Positions 52,220 to 60,514 of a DNA stretch of 64,000 nt are shown piece after piece. Position numbers and translations under genes: made by a program. Source of the DNA: Gemmatimonadales bacterium (lineage in GTDB: Bacteria > Gemmatimonadota > Gemmatimonadetes > Gemmatimonadales > GWC2-71-9); assembly GCA_035577025.1 (NCBI GenBank), contig DATLVU010000058.1, forward strand, positions 129,866 through 193,865. The letters run 5' to 3'. Each line of letters opens with the position of its first letter. Position 1 is the stretch's first letter. The notes beneath the pieces are model-generated. The model saw nothing but the letters and a program-made list of their open reading frames with translations, had not been told where the DNA came from and ran no database searches.

Positions 52220-52465
52220 TTACGCCAGCCCAAGCCGGTTTTGCAGGTGCTCCTTCACGGGAGCCGTGATCACTCCCCGCTGGAGCGCGTCCGCGAGCGC
52301 TGCTGTGGCGGCGGCCCGATCAGGATCGAAGCCTCGCTCCCGCAGCTCTCGGAGCATTCGGGCGAGCCGGCCGTCGTAATCCTGCAATTTGAGCGTTCCC
52401 GCGTCTGCCTCCTGCTTCATCTTGTCCAGCTCCTCTACGAAGCGCTGGAGTGTGATCGGTGCCAT
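52220..52465 (-). CDS. Hypothetical small helical protein (81 aa)
   Basis: The composition is coherent and charged/helical (FVEELDKMKQEADAGTLKLQDYDGRLARMLRELRERGF). Confidence 0.6.
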   Translation of the reverse strand: MAPITLQRFVEELDKMKQEADAGTLKLQDYDGRLARMLRELRERGFDPDRAAATAALADALQRGVITAPVKEHLQNRLGLA

Positions 52466-52577
52466 GCGACTCCTCCTTCTTCTTGCGCGTCATTGCAGAC
52501 GCCGAGAAAAGGGCGGGCGGACTCGGCCGCCCCCCTCCTCGGAACAGACCGCTGACTCTCGCTGAGCCCAGGCGGTC

Positions 52578-52892
52578 CTAGTTGCGCGCGGCGATCTTGT
52601 GGAAAGTCGAGTTGGCAACCTCGTAGTTCTCAACCTCAGGCGTTCCCTCGACGACCTTCTCCAGAGTCTTCAGCACGGCGGGATACGTGTTGCGGCTATA
52701 GGTATCCGCGTTCTCTTTGCGATCCCACAGGCTGATCGCCACCGCTTCGGCGCCGTCGGAGGCGACGAACGTGATCTCGTCCTTAAAGCCGTTCTGCTTG
52801 CGCATGATCGGCAGGACGTCCGTTTCGAGCGTCCGGGTGAACTCTGGGGCCGCATTGGCCTTGAGGTGGAGCGTGACGTTGCGTGCGTACAT
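52578..52892 (-). CDS. ABM/Dabb-like (antibiotic biosynthesis monooxygenase fold) protein
   Basis: 104 aa. The block ITFVASDGAEAVAISLWDRKENADTY is typical of the ferredoxin-like ABM fold. Confidence 0.75.
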   Translation of the reverse strand: MYARNVTLHLKANAAPEFTRTLETDVLPIMRKQNGFKDEITFVASDGAEAVAISLWDRKENADTYSRNTYPAVLKTLEKVVEGTPEVENYEVANSTFHKIAARN

Positions 52893-52974
52893 ATCGACTC
52901 CTTGGCAACCAACATGAACCTGCGCTGCTACCGGTGCTTCTTGACTGGGTCAAGGTTACGCTACTTTACTAAGT

Positions 52975-53014
52975 TTGTCAAGTATGTACGCCTTCGAAAA
53001 GTGCAACTTGACAA
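52975..53014. promoter_or_regulatory. Inverted pair of TTGTCAAGT boxes (TTGTCAAGT-22 nt-ACTTGACAA) containing back-to-back TTGACA -35-like hexamers
   Basis: It lies between the ABM gene (-) and ORF 53115 (+). On the plus strand, TTGACA (53008-53013), 17 nt, then TACGCT. On the minus strand, TTGACA, 17 nt, then TAACCT. Confidence 0.5.
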
Positions 53015-53114
53015 CAATGGTACATTGGAGTACGCTGTTGGAACGGCGACCTGCCGGCGCTGAAACGCAACGCCGGCGGACAAACATGCATGACGTCAAC
53101 TGGAGGGCTGGAAC

Positions 53115-53333
53115 GTGCTCGACATTCATTGCCACAGCTGCGGGGGCTTCATAAGTGACCCCGGCCCGATATCGTATCGGTTACCGCCAGAATTGGCACG
53201 CCCGGCAATCCCGCACAGCGGGTTGTGTGCGTGCACGCCGCCGATCGTGTACGGGCCTCCGCCGGGGTACCTGTCGTCGCCGGGCATGCCGAGTGCCGAT
53301 CACTCCTTTGACTTCCCCCGTGCATCGGACTAG
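53115..53333 (+). CDS. Small Cys/Pro-rich hypothetical protein (72 aa)
   Basis: GGAGGG lies 7 nt before the GTG. A CxxC motif is near the N-terminus. A terminator-like hairpin lies downstream. Support is weak. Confidence 0.35.
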   Translation: MLDIHCHSCGGFISDPGPISYRLPPELARPAIPHSGLCACTPPIVYGPPPGYLSSPGMPSADHSFDFPRASD

Positions 53334-53385
53334 CCTTGCAGGACGTTCGACACGCCCTCTGCGTGCCGGCACCAGCAAACGTCAA

Positions 53386-53426
53386 GGCGGGACTTGGCCA
53401 ATGCGCGGGTCCCGCCTTTGCTTTGG
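53386..53426 (+). terminator. Terminator/attenuator-like hairpin just upstream of infA
   Basis: GGCGGGAC, 15-nt loop, GTCCCGCC, then TTTGCTTTGG. It ends 28 nt before the infA ATG. Confidence 0.45.
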
Positions 53427-53453
53427 CGACGTCCTTCGTGTCAAGGAGTACTG

Positions 53454-53672
53454 ATGTCAAAGGAAGAAGCGATCGAAATCGACGGCGTCGTACAGACCGT
53501 GCTGCCCAACACCACGTTTCGCGTCCTCCTGACGAACGGGCACTACGTGCTCGCCACCATTGCGGGCAAGATGCGGCGCTTCCGCATCCGCGTGCTCGCG
53601 GGCGACCGCGTCACGCTCGCCGTGTCTCCCTATGACCTGACTCGCGGGCGCATCACCTTCCGGTATAAGTGA
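53454..53672 (+). CDS. infA: Translation initiation factor IF-1
   Basis: AAGGAG Shine-Dalgarno sequence. The 72-aa product [72 protein letters not shown] matches IF-1 over its full length. Confidence 0.95.
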   Translation: MSKEEAIEIDGVVQTVLPNTTFRVLLTNGHYVLATIAGKMRRFRIRVLAGDRVTLAVSPYDLTRGRITFRYK

Positions 53673-53704
53673 ACCGGTCGCGGCAGAGACTGGGACGAGC
53701 CGGG

Positions 53705-53884
53705 ATGGTGACCGACGGCGGTGCGCCACGCTGTGGCGATTGCGGCCAGCCCCTCCAGTTCGGCACCGACCGCCAGGGCCGGACGACGGAATCCTGCGAC
53801 TGCGGATACCGTGGGTACCTCAAGACGCGATCGTCGCCGGCCTCGGTCGTCACCACCGTGCCACCAAGCGCCGGGCGCCGCTAG
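53705..53884 (+). CDS. Small zinc-ribbon-like hypothetical protein (59 aa)
   Basis: MVTDGGAPRCGDCGQPLQFG...ESCDCGYRGY (CxxC...CxC). GC3 is high. It is followed by a CCCCGGGG hairpin. Support is weak. Confidence 0.35.
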   Translation: MVTDGGAPRCGDCGQPLQFGTDRQGRTTESCDCGYRGYLKTRSSPASVVTTVPPSAGRR

Positions 53885-53930
53885 AGCGGCTAACCCCGGG
53901 GCGGCGCCCCGGGCTGATCCACAACGCTCC

Positions 53931-54218
53931 TCAGGGTTGAATCGCACGCCACGCGCAGGGGAACACCCGCTTACGGTCCACCTCGATCTGATACGTCATG
54001 GCGTCCACCGCACAGTAGTGGATGCGTTCCTCGTCAATCAGCACGCGATACGGGCCGAAGAACGGTGCCCAAGGCCGGTCGATGAAGTTGTGGGGAACGA
54101 GGGACACGTCCGCCCACTGCATGCCACCCGTCACGCGAAGCGCGTTCGACGGAGCCGGGCCGGGGACGTAGCACCCGGCGACCGCTGCAGCAACGAGAAC
54201 ACCGATTGAGGGCTTCAT
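53931..54218 (-). CDS. Hypothetical lipoprotein
   Basis: MKPSIGVLVAAAVAGC contains a lipobox. I recognise no family. Confidence 0.55.
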   Translation of the reverse strand: MKPSIGVLVAAAVAGCYVPGPAPSNALRVTGGMQWADVSLVPHNFIDRPWAPFFGPYRVLIDEERIHYCAVDAMTYQIEVDRKRVFPCAWRAIQP

Positions 54219-54327
54219 GCCCATGTCAGATGGCAAAGGGAGCTATTCGGTTGCTCGCCATCTGTGGGGTTCACGTCAGGGAACGGCCGGGCTAGCTTAC
54301 TGGTCCGTCAACCTCCGCTGCTGACGC

Positions 54328-55041
54328 ATGCCGCCAACCCTCAACCCCGCGGCGCTGGCCTTCTTCCGCGGCCTCGCCCGCAACAACGCGAAGCCCTGGT
54401 TCGAGGCACACCGCGCGGATTACGAAGCGCAGGTCGTCGCGCCGATGCGTGCCCTCATCGAGGAGCTCGACGTACGCTTGGCGGGCTTCGCGCCCGAGAT
54501 CACTGGGGACCCCAAGCGCTCACTGTTCCGGATCTATCGGGACGTGCGGTTCTCCAAAGACAAGTCGCCCTATAAGACGCACGCCGCGTGCTGGTTCTGG
54601 CATCGCGACGCCGACCCGCGCGTCGGGGACAAGGCGGACGCGGGAGGCGCGGGTTACTACTTCCATCTCCAACCCGGCAAGTCGTTCGTCGGCGGCGGGA
54701 TGTGGATGCCACCGCGTCCAATCCTCGACAAGTTGCGCGAGGCCATCGCGGAGGATCTCAAGGGCTTCGAGCGGGTGGTCACGGATCGCGGCTTCGTGCG
54801 CCGGTTCGGCAAGTTCGATGACGAGTCAAAGTTGAAACGAATGCCGCGCGGCTACGACGAGTCCCACGCCGCTGCGCGCTGGCTCAAGTTTCAGTCCTTC
54901 GTCACCGGCCGCCCCATGAGCGACCGCGAGACCACGAGCCCACGGCTCCCGGCGCTCCTCGCGGCAGACTTCGAGCGGATGCTGCCGCTCGTGCGCTGGC
55001 TGAACGGCACGCTCGGTCATGCCGCGGCGAAACAACGATGA
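54328..55041 (+). CDS. DUF2461 (TIGR02453) family protein
   Basis: FFRGLARNNAKPWFEAHRADYE, FRIYRDVRFSKDKSPYKTH and GYYFHL.PG.SFVGGGMW blocks are present. Confidence 0.85.
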   Translation: MPPTLNPAALAFFRGLARNNAKPWFEAHRADYEAQVVAPMRALIEELDVRLAGFAPEITGDPKRSLFRIYRDVRFSKDKSPYKTHAACWFWHRDADPRVGDKADAGGAGYYFHLQPGKSFVGGGMWMPPRPILDKLREAIAEDLKGFERVVTDRGFVRRFGKFDDESKLKRMPRGYDESHAAARWLKFQSFVTGRPMSDRETTSPRLPALLAADFERMLPLVRWLNGTLGHAAAKQR

Positions 55042-56609
55042 GCGGGAGCGAACCCACTCGTCGTGGCTTTTGGTACGCGGTCGCGCTCCTCGCAGTTGCC
55101 GCGCCCCCACACCTCGCCGCCCAGACCATCGATACGATCATCGTCGTCCGGCACAACGTGTACGATCGCAAGCGCGACGCGCCGCGGGTCGTCGCGGGTG
55201 TGGGCAATGCCCTGCACATCACGACGCACGCGTGGGTGGTCCGCCGGGCGCTGCTCATCAAGCCGGGAGACGCCTACGACTCCGCCAAGGTGGCCGAGAG
55301 CGAGCGGGCGCTGCGAGCGCTTACGATCTTTCGCGCGGTGGCCATCGACACCGAGCGCGTGAACGGGCGTCTCGCGCTGCGCGTGGAGACGGACGACGCC
55401 TGGAGCACCATTCCCGACTTCGACTATTCGTCCGTAGCGGGCGACGTCTTGTGGGCTGTGGCGTTCACGGAAGGAAACCTGCTCGGCACCGGCACGGCGC
55501 TGACGGGGCGCTACGAGAAGACTCCCGACCGTCACAGCGTCAGCGTGGGATACAACAGCACCGGCGTGCTCGGTCGCCGAACGGTGCTGGCCGGCGAATA
55601 CAAGGCCATCTCGGACGGCGACTCGGGCTCCTGGTCCCTCGGCGTGCCCTTCTACGAGACCGTCGCGCCACGTTCCCTCGTGACGAACGGCGCCGCGGCG
55701 AAAGAGCGCGTGCTGCAGTTTCGCGACGGCGTCCTGGCGGACAGCGTGCAGCACCGTGTGCTCATGTTGGGCCTCTCCGGCGGTGTGGCGCTCCAGACGA
55801 CGCGCGCCAGCTACGCCCGCCTCTGGTTCGGGGCGAGCTGGCGTCGGGAGGATTTCGACTCGGCCACGGCCGTGCCGTTCCCCCGCTCGCAATTCGGGAC
55901 CGTTGGCGCAGGGATCGAGTTGAAGCAGGTGCGCTTTCAGGTGCTCGAGAACTTCAATGCCTTCGCGCACCAGGAGGACGTGGACCTCTCGCAGATCCTG
56001 CGGCTCGGGGTCTGGGTGGCGCCGCGCGCCTGGGGCTACAAGCCCGACAGTGCGGGCGTGGGTCCCGAGGCGAGCGGCCAACTCTCCGCCATCTGGCACA
56101 ACGGGTTCGCCGTGGTGCGCGGTCAGGCGGACGGCGTACTCACCGGGGCGGGGGTGGACTCGGGGCGCGTGTTCGGCAGCATGACCGTCGCGAGTCAGAA
56201 CCTGACCCGCCAGACACTCGTCTTCCATTTGGAGGGCGGGGCGCTGCGCGGCCCCAAGCCCGGGGACGAGTTCGATCTGTGGCGCGATTCGAAGGGCCCG
56301 CGGCTGTTCGGCGCGCACGCCTTCACCGGCACGCGTGAGGCGTGGGTCGCGCTCGAGGACCGTGTGGTAGTGAAGGACGAGGTATGGGGGCTGTTCGGCG
56401 TCGGCCTGGCACCGTACTTCGACTACGGCGGCGCCTGGTACGCCGACGAGCCGACGCGACTCGGCGGGGACGCCGGTCTAGCCCTCCGACTCGGCCCCAC
56501 GCGATTGACCATCACCGACGTGGGGCAGTTCGCGCTGGGCTATCGCTTCGGCAAGGGCTTCACCGGCCGGCACTGGGCGTTCACGGCGACCGGGAATATC
56601 CTGTACTAA
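55038..56609 (+). CDS. POTRA-containing BamA/TamA-like outer-membrane beta-barrel protein
   Basis: A signal peptide is present. POTRA-like block IDTIIVVRHNVYD...LLIKPGDAYDSAKVAESERALRAL. The C-terminal part has an alternating beta-strand pattern and ends in an aromatic residue (NILY). Its ATG overlaps the upstream stop. Confidence 0.75.
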   Translation: MSGSEPTRRGFWYAVALLAVAAPPHLAAQTIDTIIVVRHNVYDRKRDAPRVVAGVGNALHITTHAWVVRRALLIKPGDAYDSAKVAESERALRALTIFRAVAIDTERVNGRLALRVETDDAWSTIPDFDYSSVAGDVLWAVAFTEGNLLGTGTALTGRYEKTPDRHSVSVGYNSTGVLGRRTVLAGEYKAISDGDSGSWSLGVPFYETVAPRSLVTNGAAAKERVLQFRDGVLADSVQHRVLMLGLSGGVALQTTRASYARLWFGASWRREDFDSATAVPFPRSQFGTVGAGIELKQVRFQVLENFNAFAHQEDVDLSQILRLGVWVAPRAWGYKPDSAGVGPEASGQLSAIWHNGFAVVRGQADGVLTGAGVDSGRVFGSMTVASQNLTRQTLVFHLEGGALRGPKPGDEFDLWRDSKGPRLFGAHAFTGTREAWVALEDRVVVKDEVWGLFGVGLAPYFDYGGAWYADEPTRLGGDAGLALRLGPTRLTITDVGQFALGYRFGKGFTGRHWAFTATGNILY

Positions 56610-56641
56610 CCGGACACCGGACACCGGACACCGAACACCGG
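56610..56641. repeat. Heptanucleotide tandem repeat (CCGGACA)x3 + CCGAACA + CCGG
   Basis: I read it directly. It fills almost the entire 36-nt gap between two convergent stop codons. Confidence 0.85.
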
Positions 56642-56645
56642 CCTT

Positions 56646-59297
56646 TCACAACCCGATCCAGTAGGTCGCCTTCACCGCGAGCACGTTGTTCGCCTGAGCA
56701 TTGAGCAGCCCCGACAGGTCTCGACTCAGCCGGAAGTCGCCCACGCCCACCTGGTCCTCCAGGGCCGGCTGCCACACCACGAACAGCGTCGACCCCGGCC
56801 GCCATTCCCAGCGCAGCACCGCGTTGGCGCGGAGCGAGCGGAAATTGAAGTCCTGATTCCCGATGAAGAACGTCGCCCCGCCGTCCCCGGGGTGAATGCT
56901 GTCTCCCTCCGCCGTCGGAACCACGCTGCCGCGATCCCGGCCGTACACCACGAAGTCGAACGTCCGGGGCCGGGCCAGCTCCTTCAGGTCGCTGAAACGA
57001 GCCGCGGCGATAAGCGGCTGCAGGAACAGCTGAAGCGAGAGCCGCGGCGTGAAGGTCCAGTCGAGGCGTGCCAAGATCGCGAGCTGGGTCTGGTCGAGCG
57101 TCGCGAACACATACCGATGTCGGTAGGTCGCCGCGGCGAAGGTGTCGGCGATCGTCGTGACGTACTGGCCCAGCGAATGGATCTTGCTGAAGCTCGGACC
57201 GATGTTGATGTGGGCCGCGGCGGTGGGGCGCAGGTCCACCGTGAGGCTGTACTGCACGTTCCGTTGCCCTGCCCGGTCCCATTGGTAAAACGCGCTCCCC
57301 GACAGCCGGGTGGTGCGCCGCGAATCGGACGTGAACGTGATCGAAGCGTCCTCAGAGCGCGGAACCTCAGCGAGCGGCCCACCGCGCGTGAGCCGGTCGT
57401 CCAACGCCGTCACCGCGAAGTCGTGGCGAAGCTCGACGTTCCAGAAGTTCGCGAAGTTGTAGTTGTTGAGGAGCCCGAAGCCTCCGAACACGAGATCCCC
57501 ATCGAAGTTCCAAGCATGGTTCTCGTATGGGACGAGAAACCAGTTGCGCACCACCGCATGAGGGTGGTTGTCCTGGTAGCCGAACAGGGTCGAGAGCGCC
57601 CGCCGGTCCGCCCCGGTCTGGAAGCCCAGGTCGTTCGACTCGAACCCCGGTCCCGTCTCCTGATACGCGATCGAGCCGAGCCAGTGCTCGGCGGAGTTCC
57701 GCGAGAGGGCCACCTGCCACGCGAGGCCGTCGAGCGAGGTGCGCGACGGATCGTACGCGAGGGTGCGCGCGTCCGGGCGCTGGTAATACCGCGCGCTCGA
57801 GCGCTGGGTGAGGGCGATGCTCGAATCCGTGCCCGCGACGTGGCTCAGGACCACCGCGCCGTCGAGCGACCAGGATCTATTCGACCAGCCGTGGGTGAAA
57901 TCGATGCCCGTCACGTACGCCTGAGCGTGCTCCAGGCTGGCGAGCACGCTGTCGGAGAGCCGCCGATTGACGGCGGTCACGATGGCGCCGATGGTCGAGT
58001 TCCCCGCATCGAGGTCTTTTCTCACCCGTCCCACGAAATAGTTCGTCAGCGGCTCGACGGTGGTCAGGTGTTCGCGGCCGCTCAGGTCCTGCCATTGGGT
58101 CTCTTCGGTGGCGGTGACGGCGTCGAGCACGCCGACGGACCACCCGCCGCGCGTGTGACCGGTGAGCTTCGCCGCGGTGCGGATCGCGGTCTGCGTCGGC
58201 GGGTCCGCGAACTTCACGCTGTCGCCATCGACCGTGCGCTCGGGCACGCGGCCGATACGGCGTGAGAAGAAGAACTGGGGGAAGTTGAACAGGTTGTGGG
58301 CACGGACATTGCCGAACTGGAACAGCCCGCCGCCTTCGACGAAGAAGGGCCGCTTCTCCGGGAAGAACGTCTCGAACGCGCTCAGGTTCACGACGGCCGA
58401 GTCGACCTCGACCTGGCCGAAGTCGGGATTGACGGTCGCGTCGAGCGTGAGGTCGCTCGTGACTCCGTACTTCACGTCGGCCCCCCCGCTGCCGAAATAG
58501 TCATGACCGCTCCGGAATGGGTCGCCCGCGGGCTGGTGGGTGTACTCGGCGCGGGTAACGCCGTAGGGCACGACCTCGAGGCGCCGCGCTGCGGGCACCC
58601 GGCCCAGGCCGGTCAGATGGCCGTAGCGATTTACGCCCGCGTGCTCGCGCTTCGGCGTGAAGGCGAAAAAGTCGTCCTCACCTTTGCGAAGGATGTAGCG
58701 CTCGAACTGGATGCCCCAGCGGGCATCGGCCTGGGAGTTGTATCGCAGCTGGGAGAGCGGAATCCTGAGCTCGACCGTCCAAGCGACTGAGTCCACACGT
58801 GCGGCGTACTCCCACACGGGATCCCAGGAGACGTCGTCCGAGCCGCTCTGGTTGTCGACCAACGCATCCTGGATCGCGCCGCCCGGTGTAATGCGGAAGC
58901 GGGCGGCCGTCAAATGATCGTGATACGAGTCGATGAAGACCTGGAAGTAGTCGGAGGTGACGGCGTCGTCGCGCCGGGCGAGCACCGACCTGATCGAGCG
59001 AGGCGCGGAGTCGAACAGGCGGGCGCCGATGTAGAGCGCGTCGGACCCGATGAGCACGCGTACCTCGGTGCGCTCCGTTGCCGGTTGCCCCGGCTGAGGA
59101 TCGAGCTGGGTGAACGTGGTGACCGGGGTCGCGCCCGCCCAGGCAGGCTCGTCGAGCCGGCCGTCGATCTTCATATCGCCCGACGCCCGTCCGGCTCGAA
59201 CTTCTGGCGCGGCATCATGGACGTAGGGCAAGGCTGAGGAGGTTGTATCACGCGACTGGGCGACCGCGAACAGGAGGAAACCCGCTACGAACGGCAT
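56646..59297 (-). CDS. DUF5916 / CBM9-like outer-membrane protein
   Basis: A signal peptide is present. The N-terminal block IDGRLDEPAWAGATPVTTFTQLDPQPGQPATERTEVRVLIGSDALYIGARLFDS is present. The rest is a large beta-rich C-terminal region. Confidence 0.8.
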   Translation of the reverse strand: MPFVAGFLLFAVAQSRDTTSSALPYVHDAAPEVRAGRASGDMKIDGRLDEPAWAGATPVTTFTQLDPQPGQPATERTEVRVLIGSDALYIGARLFDSAPRSIRSVLARRDDAVTSDYFQVFIDSYHDHLTAARFRITPGGAIQDALVDNQSGSDDVSWDPVWEYAARVDSVAWTVELRIPLSQLRYNSQADARWGIQFERYILRKGEDDFFAFTPKREHAGVNRYGHLTGLGRVPAARRLEVVPYGVTRAEYTHQPAGDPFRSGHDYFGSGGADVKYGVTSDLTLDATVNPDFGQVEVDSAVVNLSAFETFFPEKRPFFVEGGGLFQFGNVRAHNLFNFPQFFFSRRIGRVPERTVDGDSVKFADPPTQTAIRTAAKLTGHTRGGWSVGVLDAVTATEETQWQDLSGREHLTTVEPLTNYFVGRVRKDLDAGNSTIGAIVTAVNRRLSDSVLASLEHAQAYVTGIDFTHGWSNRSWSLDGAVVLSHVAGTDSSIALTQRSSARYYQRPDARTLAYDPSRTSLDGLAWQVALSRNSAEHWLGSIAYQETGPGFESNDLGFQTGADRRALSTLFGYQDNHPHAVVRNWFLVPYENHAWNFDGDLVFGGFGLLNNYNFANFWNVELRHDFAVTALDDRLTRGGPLAEVPRSEDASITFTSDSRRTTRLSGSAFYQWDRAGQRNVQYSLTVDLRPTAAAHINIGPSFSKIHSLGQYVTTIADTFAAATYRHRYVFATLDQTQLAILARLDWTFTPRLSLQLFLQPLIAAARFSDLKELARPRTFDFVVYGRDRGSVVPTAEGDSIHPGDGGATFFIGNQDFNFRSLRANAVLRWEWRPGSTLFVVWQPALEDQVGVGDFRLSRDLSGLLNAQANNVLAVKATYWIGL

Positions 59298-59468
59298 CGG
59301 GAGACCCTCGGCGCGAAGGTGGAGACGGTCTACTAGGCTGACGCCGGACGAGGGCGAATGGTTGCATCCGCGCTACGGTTCACAAAAGGCTGACAAACCG
59401 GGCGTCGCCTCTCGCAACAGGAGCCGCGGGCGTCGCGTATCCAGCGAAAGACGCGGAGGGCCGCACCA

Positions 59469-59945
59469 ATGTTTCGGATCACGAGTCTCGGGCTCGTTGC
59501 CCTGGCCATCACCTTCCCACTATCATCGGCGGCGGCGCAGGCGGGACCTCAAGGCTGCACCTACGTACGCTGCTTCCTCAGTCTGCAACGCCACCCACCC
59601 CGCCTGGTACAGGGCGCGGGCGCCACGCCGGTGGCCGACTTTGGGCTGTTCGCCCCGCGCATCGATCTCCTGTCGGGTAGCTCGGACACCGCGCGGCTGC
59701 ACTACCAGGCGTTTCGCGGCGACTACAATCGGGCGGGCGCTTTCAAGGTGATCAGCATCTTAACCGACGCCTCCGCTCTGATCGTGCTCGCGGGCAATCC
59801 ACGGTCGAATTACCCGTACTCGCTCGGCTTGTTCGCCGTGGGCGTGCCGACCGCCATCGGCGCGCTCGTCTTTAGCGCCAAGGCGCAAGGGCAGCTCGAG
59901 CAGTCGATCGCCGATTACAACCGGTCGCTGCCGGACACACGGTAG
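59469..59945 (+). CDS. Hypothetical secreted/membrane protein
   Basis: It has a signal peptide MFRITSLGLVALAITFPLSSAAAQA and two C-terminal hydrophobic segments. I recognise no family. Confidence 0.55.
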   Translation: MFRITSLGLVALAITFPLSSAAAQAGPQGCTYVRCFLSLQRHPPRLVQGAGATPVADFGLFAPRIDLLSGSSDTARLHYQAFRGDYNRAGAFKVISILTDASALIVLAGNPRSNYPYSLGLFAVGVPTAIGALVFSAKAQGQLEQSIADYNRSLPDTR

Positions 59946-59957
59946 AAGAGGGAAAGG

Positions 59958-59995
59958 GGAGCAGGGAGCAGGGAGCAGGAGCGAGGAGCGGAGGG
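59958..59995. repeat. Degenerate heptanucleotide tandem repeat (GCAGGGA-like, ~5 units)
   Basis: gga gcaggga gcaggga gcagga gcgagga gcgga ggg. It fills the 51-nt gap between convergent stop codons. Confidence 0.6.
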
Positions 59996-59996
59996 C

Positions 59997-60509
59997 CTAT
60001 TGCATCAGGGGGATGAGTTCGCCCAAGGGCCGGTCCAATAGTGGGACGCTCCGGATCACCACCTCGATGGCGTCGTCGGGGAAGCCCGACTCGAGCGTGA
60101 ACGTGAATCCCGCGAACAGATCCCGGTTCTGATCGAGGGCCCAGTGGAGGAAGCTCTGGTCCGCGTCCCGCAGCAGCCGTTCCATGAACACAGTGCGGCG
60201 GCGGACTCGGTCGAGATTGATGTGGGCGCCATGCCACCGCGGATATACGCGAAAGCCAATCGTGCGCTGGCGCGAGACGTTGACGATGATCTCGAACCTC
60301 GAGACATACATCATTGGCTTATCGAAGACGCCTACGATGTCGAAGGGCTGGTCGGCACTCCGCTGGAATCGCATCTCTCGGGCCGGACCGTAGGTGGAGA
60401 GCAAAGTCTCTAACTGGCGACAGGTCGAGTCGCGGACAGCGTTGGTATCGGTCTGAGCGCCGAGGCCCCCGACGGCGCACATGCTCAAGATCGCCCACAG
60501 TCCGCGCAC
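59997..60509 (-). CDS. Secreted hypothetical protein, paralog A (YbjN/T3SS-chaperone-like fold suspected)
   Basis: A signal peptide is present. It aligns along its length with the upstream paralog (shared RFEI..NVSRQ.TI.FR.YP, ..F..WA.D.NRD.FAG.TFTLESGFP..AI..V..S.PLLD...GEL). Confidence 0.6.
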   Translation of the reverse strand: MRGLWAILSMCAVGGLGAQTDTNAVRDSTCRQLETLLSTYGPAREMRFQRSADQPFDIVGVFDKPMMYVSRFEIIVNVSRQRTIGFRVYPRWHGAHINLDRVRRRTVFMERLLRDADQSFLHWALDQNRDLFAGFTFTLESGFPDDAIEVVIRSVPLLDRPLGELIPLMQ

Positions 60510-60514
60510 GCCCG

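Noticed and set aside
51883-52233. 116-aa minus ORF
   Set aside because: It is a Pro/Arg-rich shadow of the better-behaved 97-aa plus-strand ORF 51904-52197.
51904-52465. Toxin-antitoxin interpretation of the 97-aa and 81-aa small ORFs
   Set aside because: The two ORFs are convergent rather than co-transcribed, and neither resembles a known toxin or antitoxin fold by eye.
55017-56338. 433-aa minus and 439-aa plus alternate-frame ORFs over the BamA-like gene
   Set aside because: These are shadow ORFs of Arg/Gly-rich composition. The 523-aa frame has a signal peptide, a POTRA-like block and a beta-barrel pattern.
56610-59995. Short tandem repeats as possible CRISPR or degenerate CRISPR arrays
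   Set aside because: The units are 7 nt with no spacers, and no cas genes are present. They are simple microsatellites.
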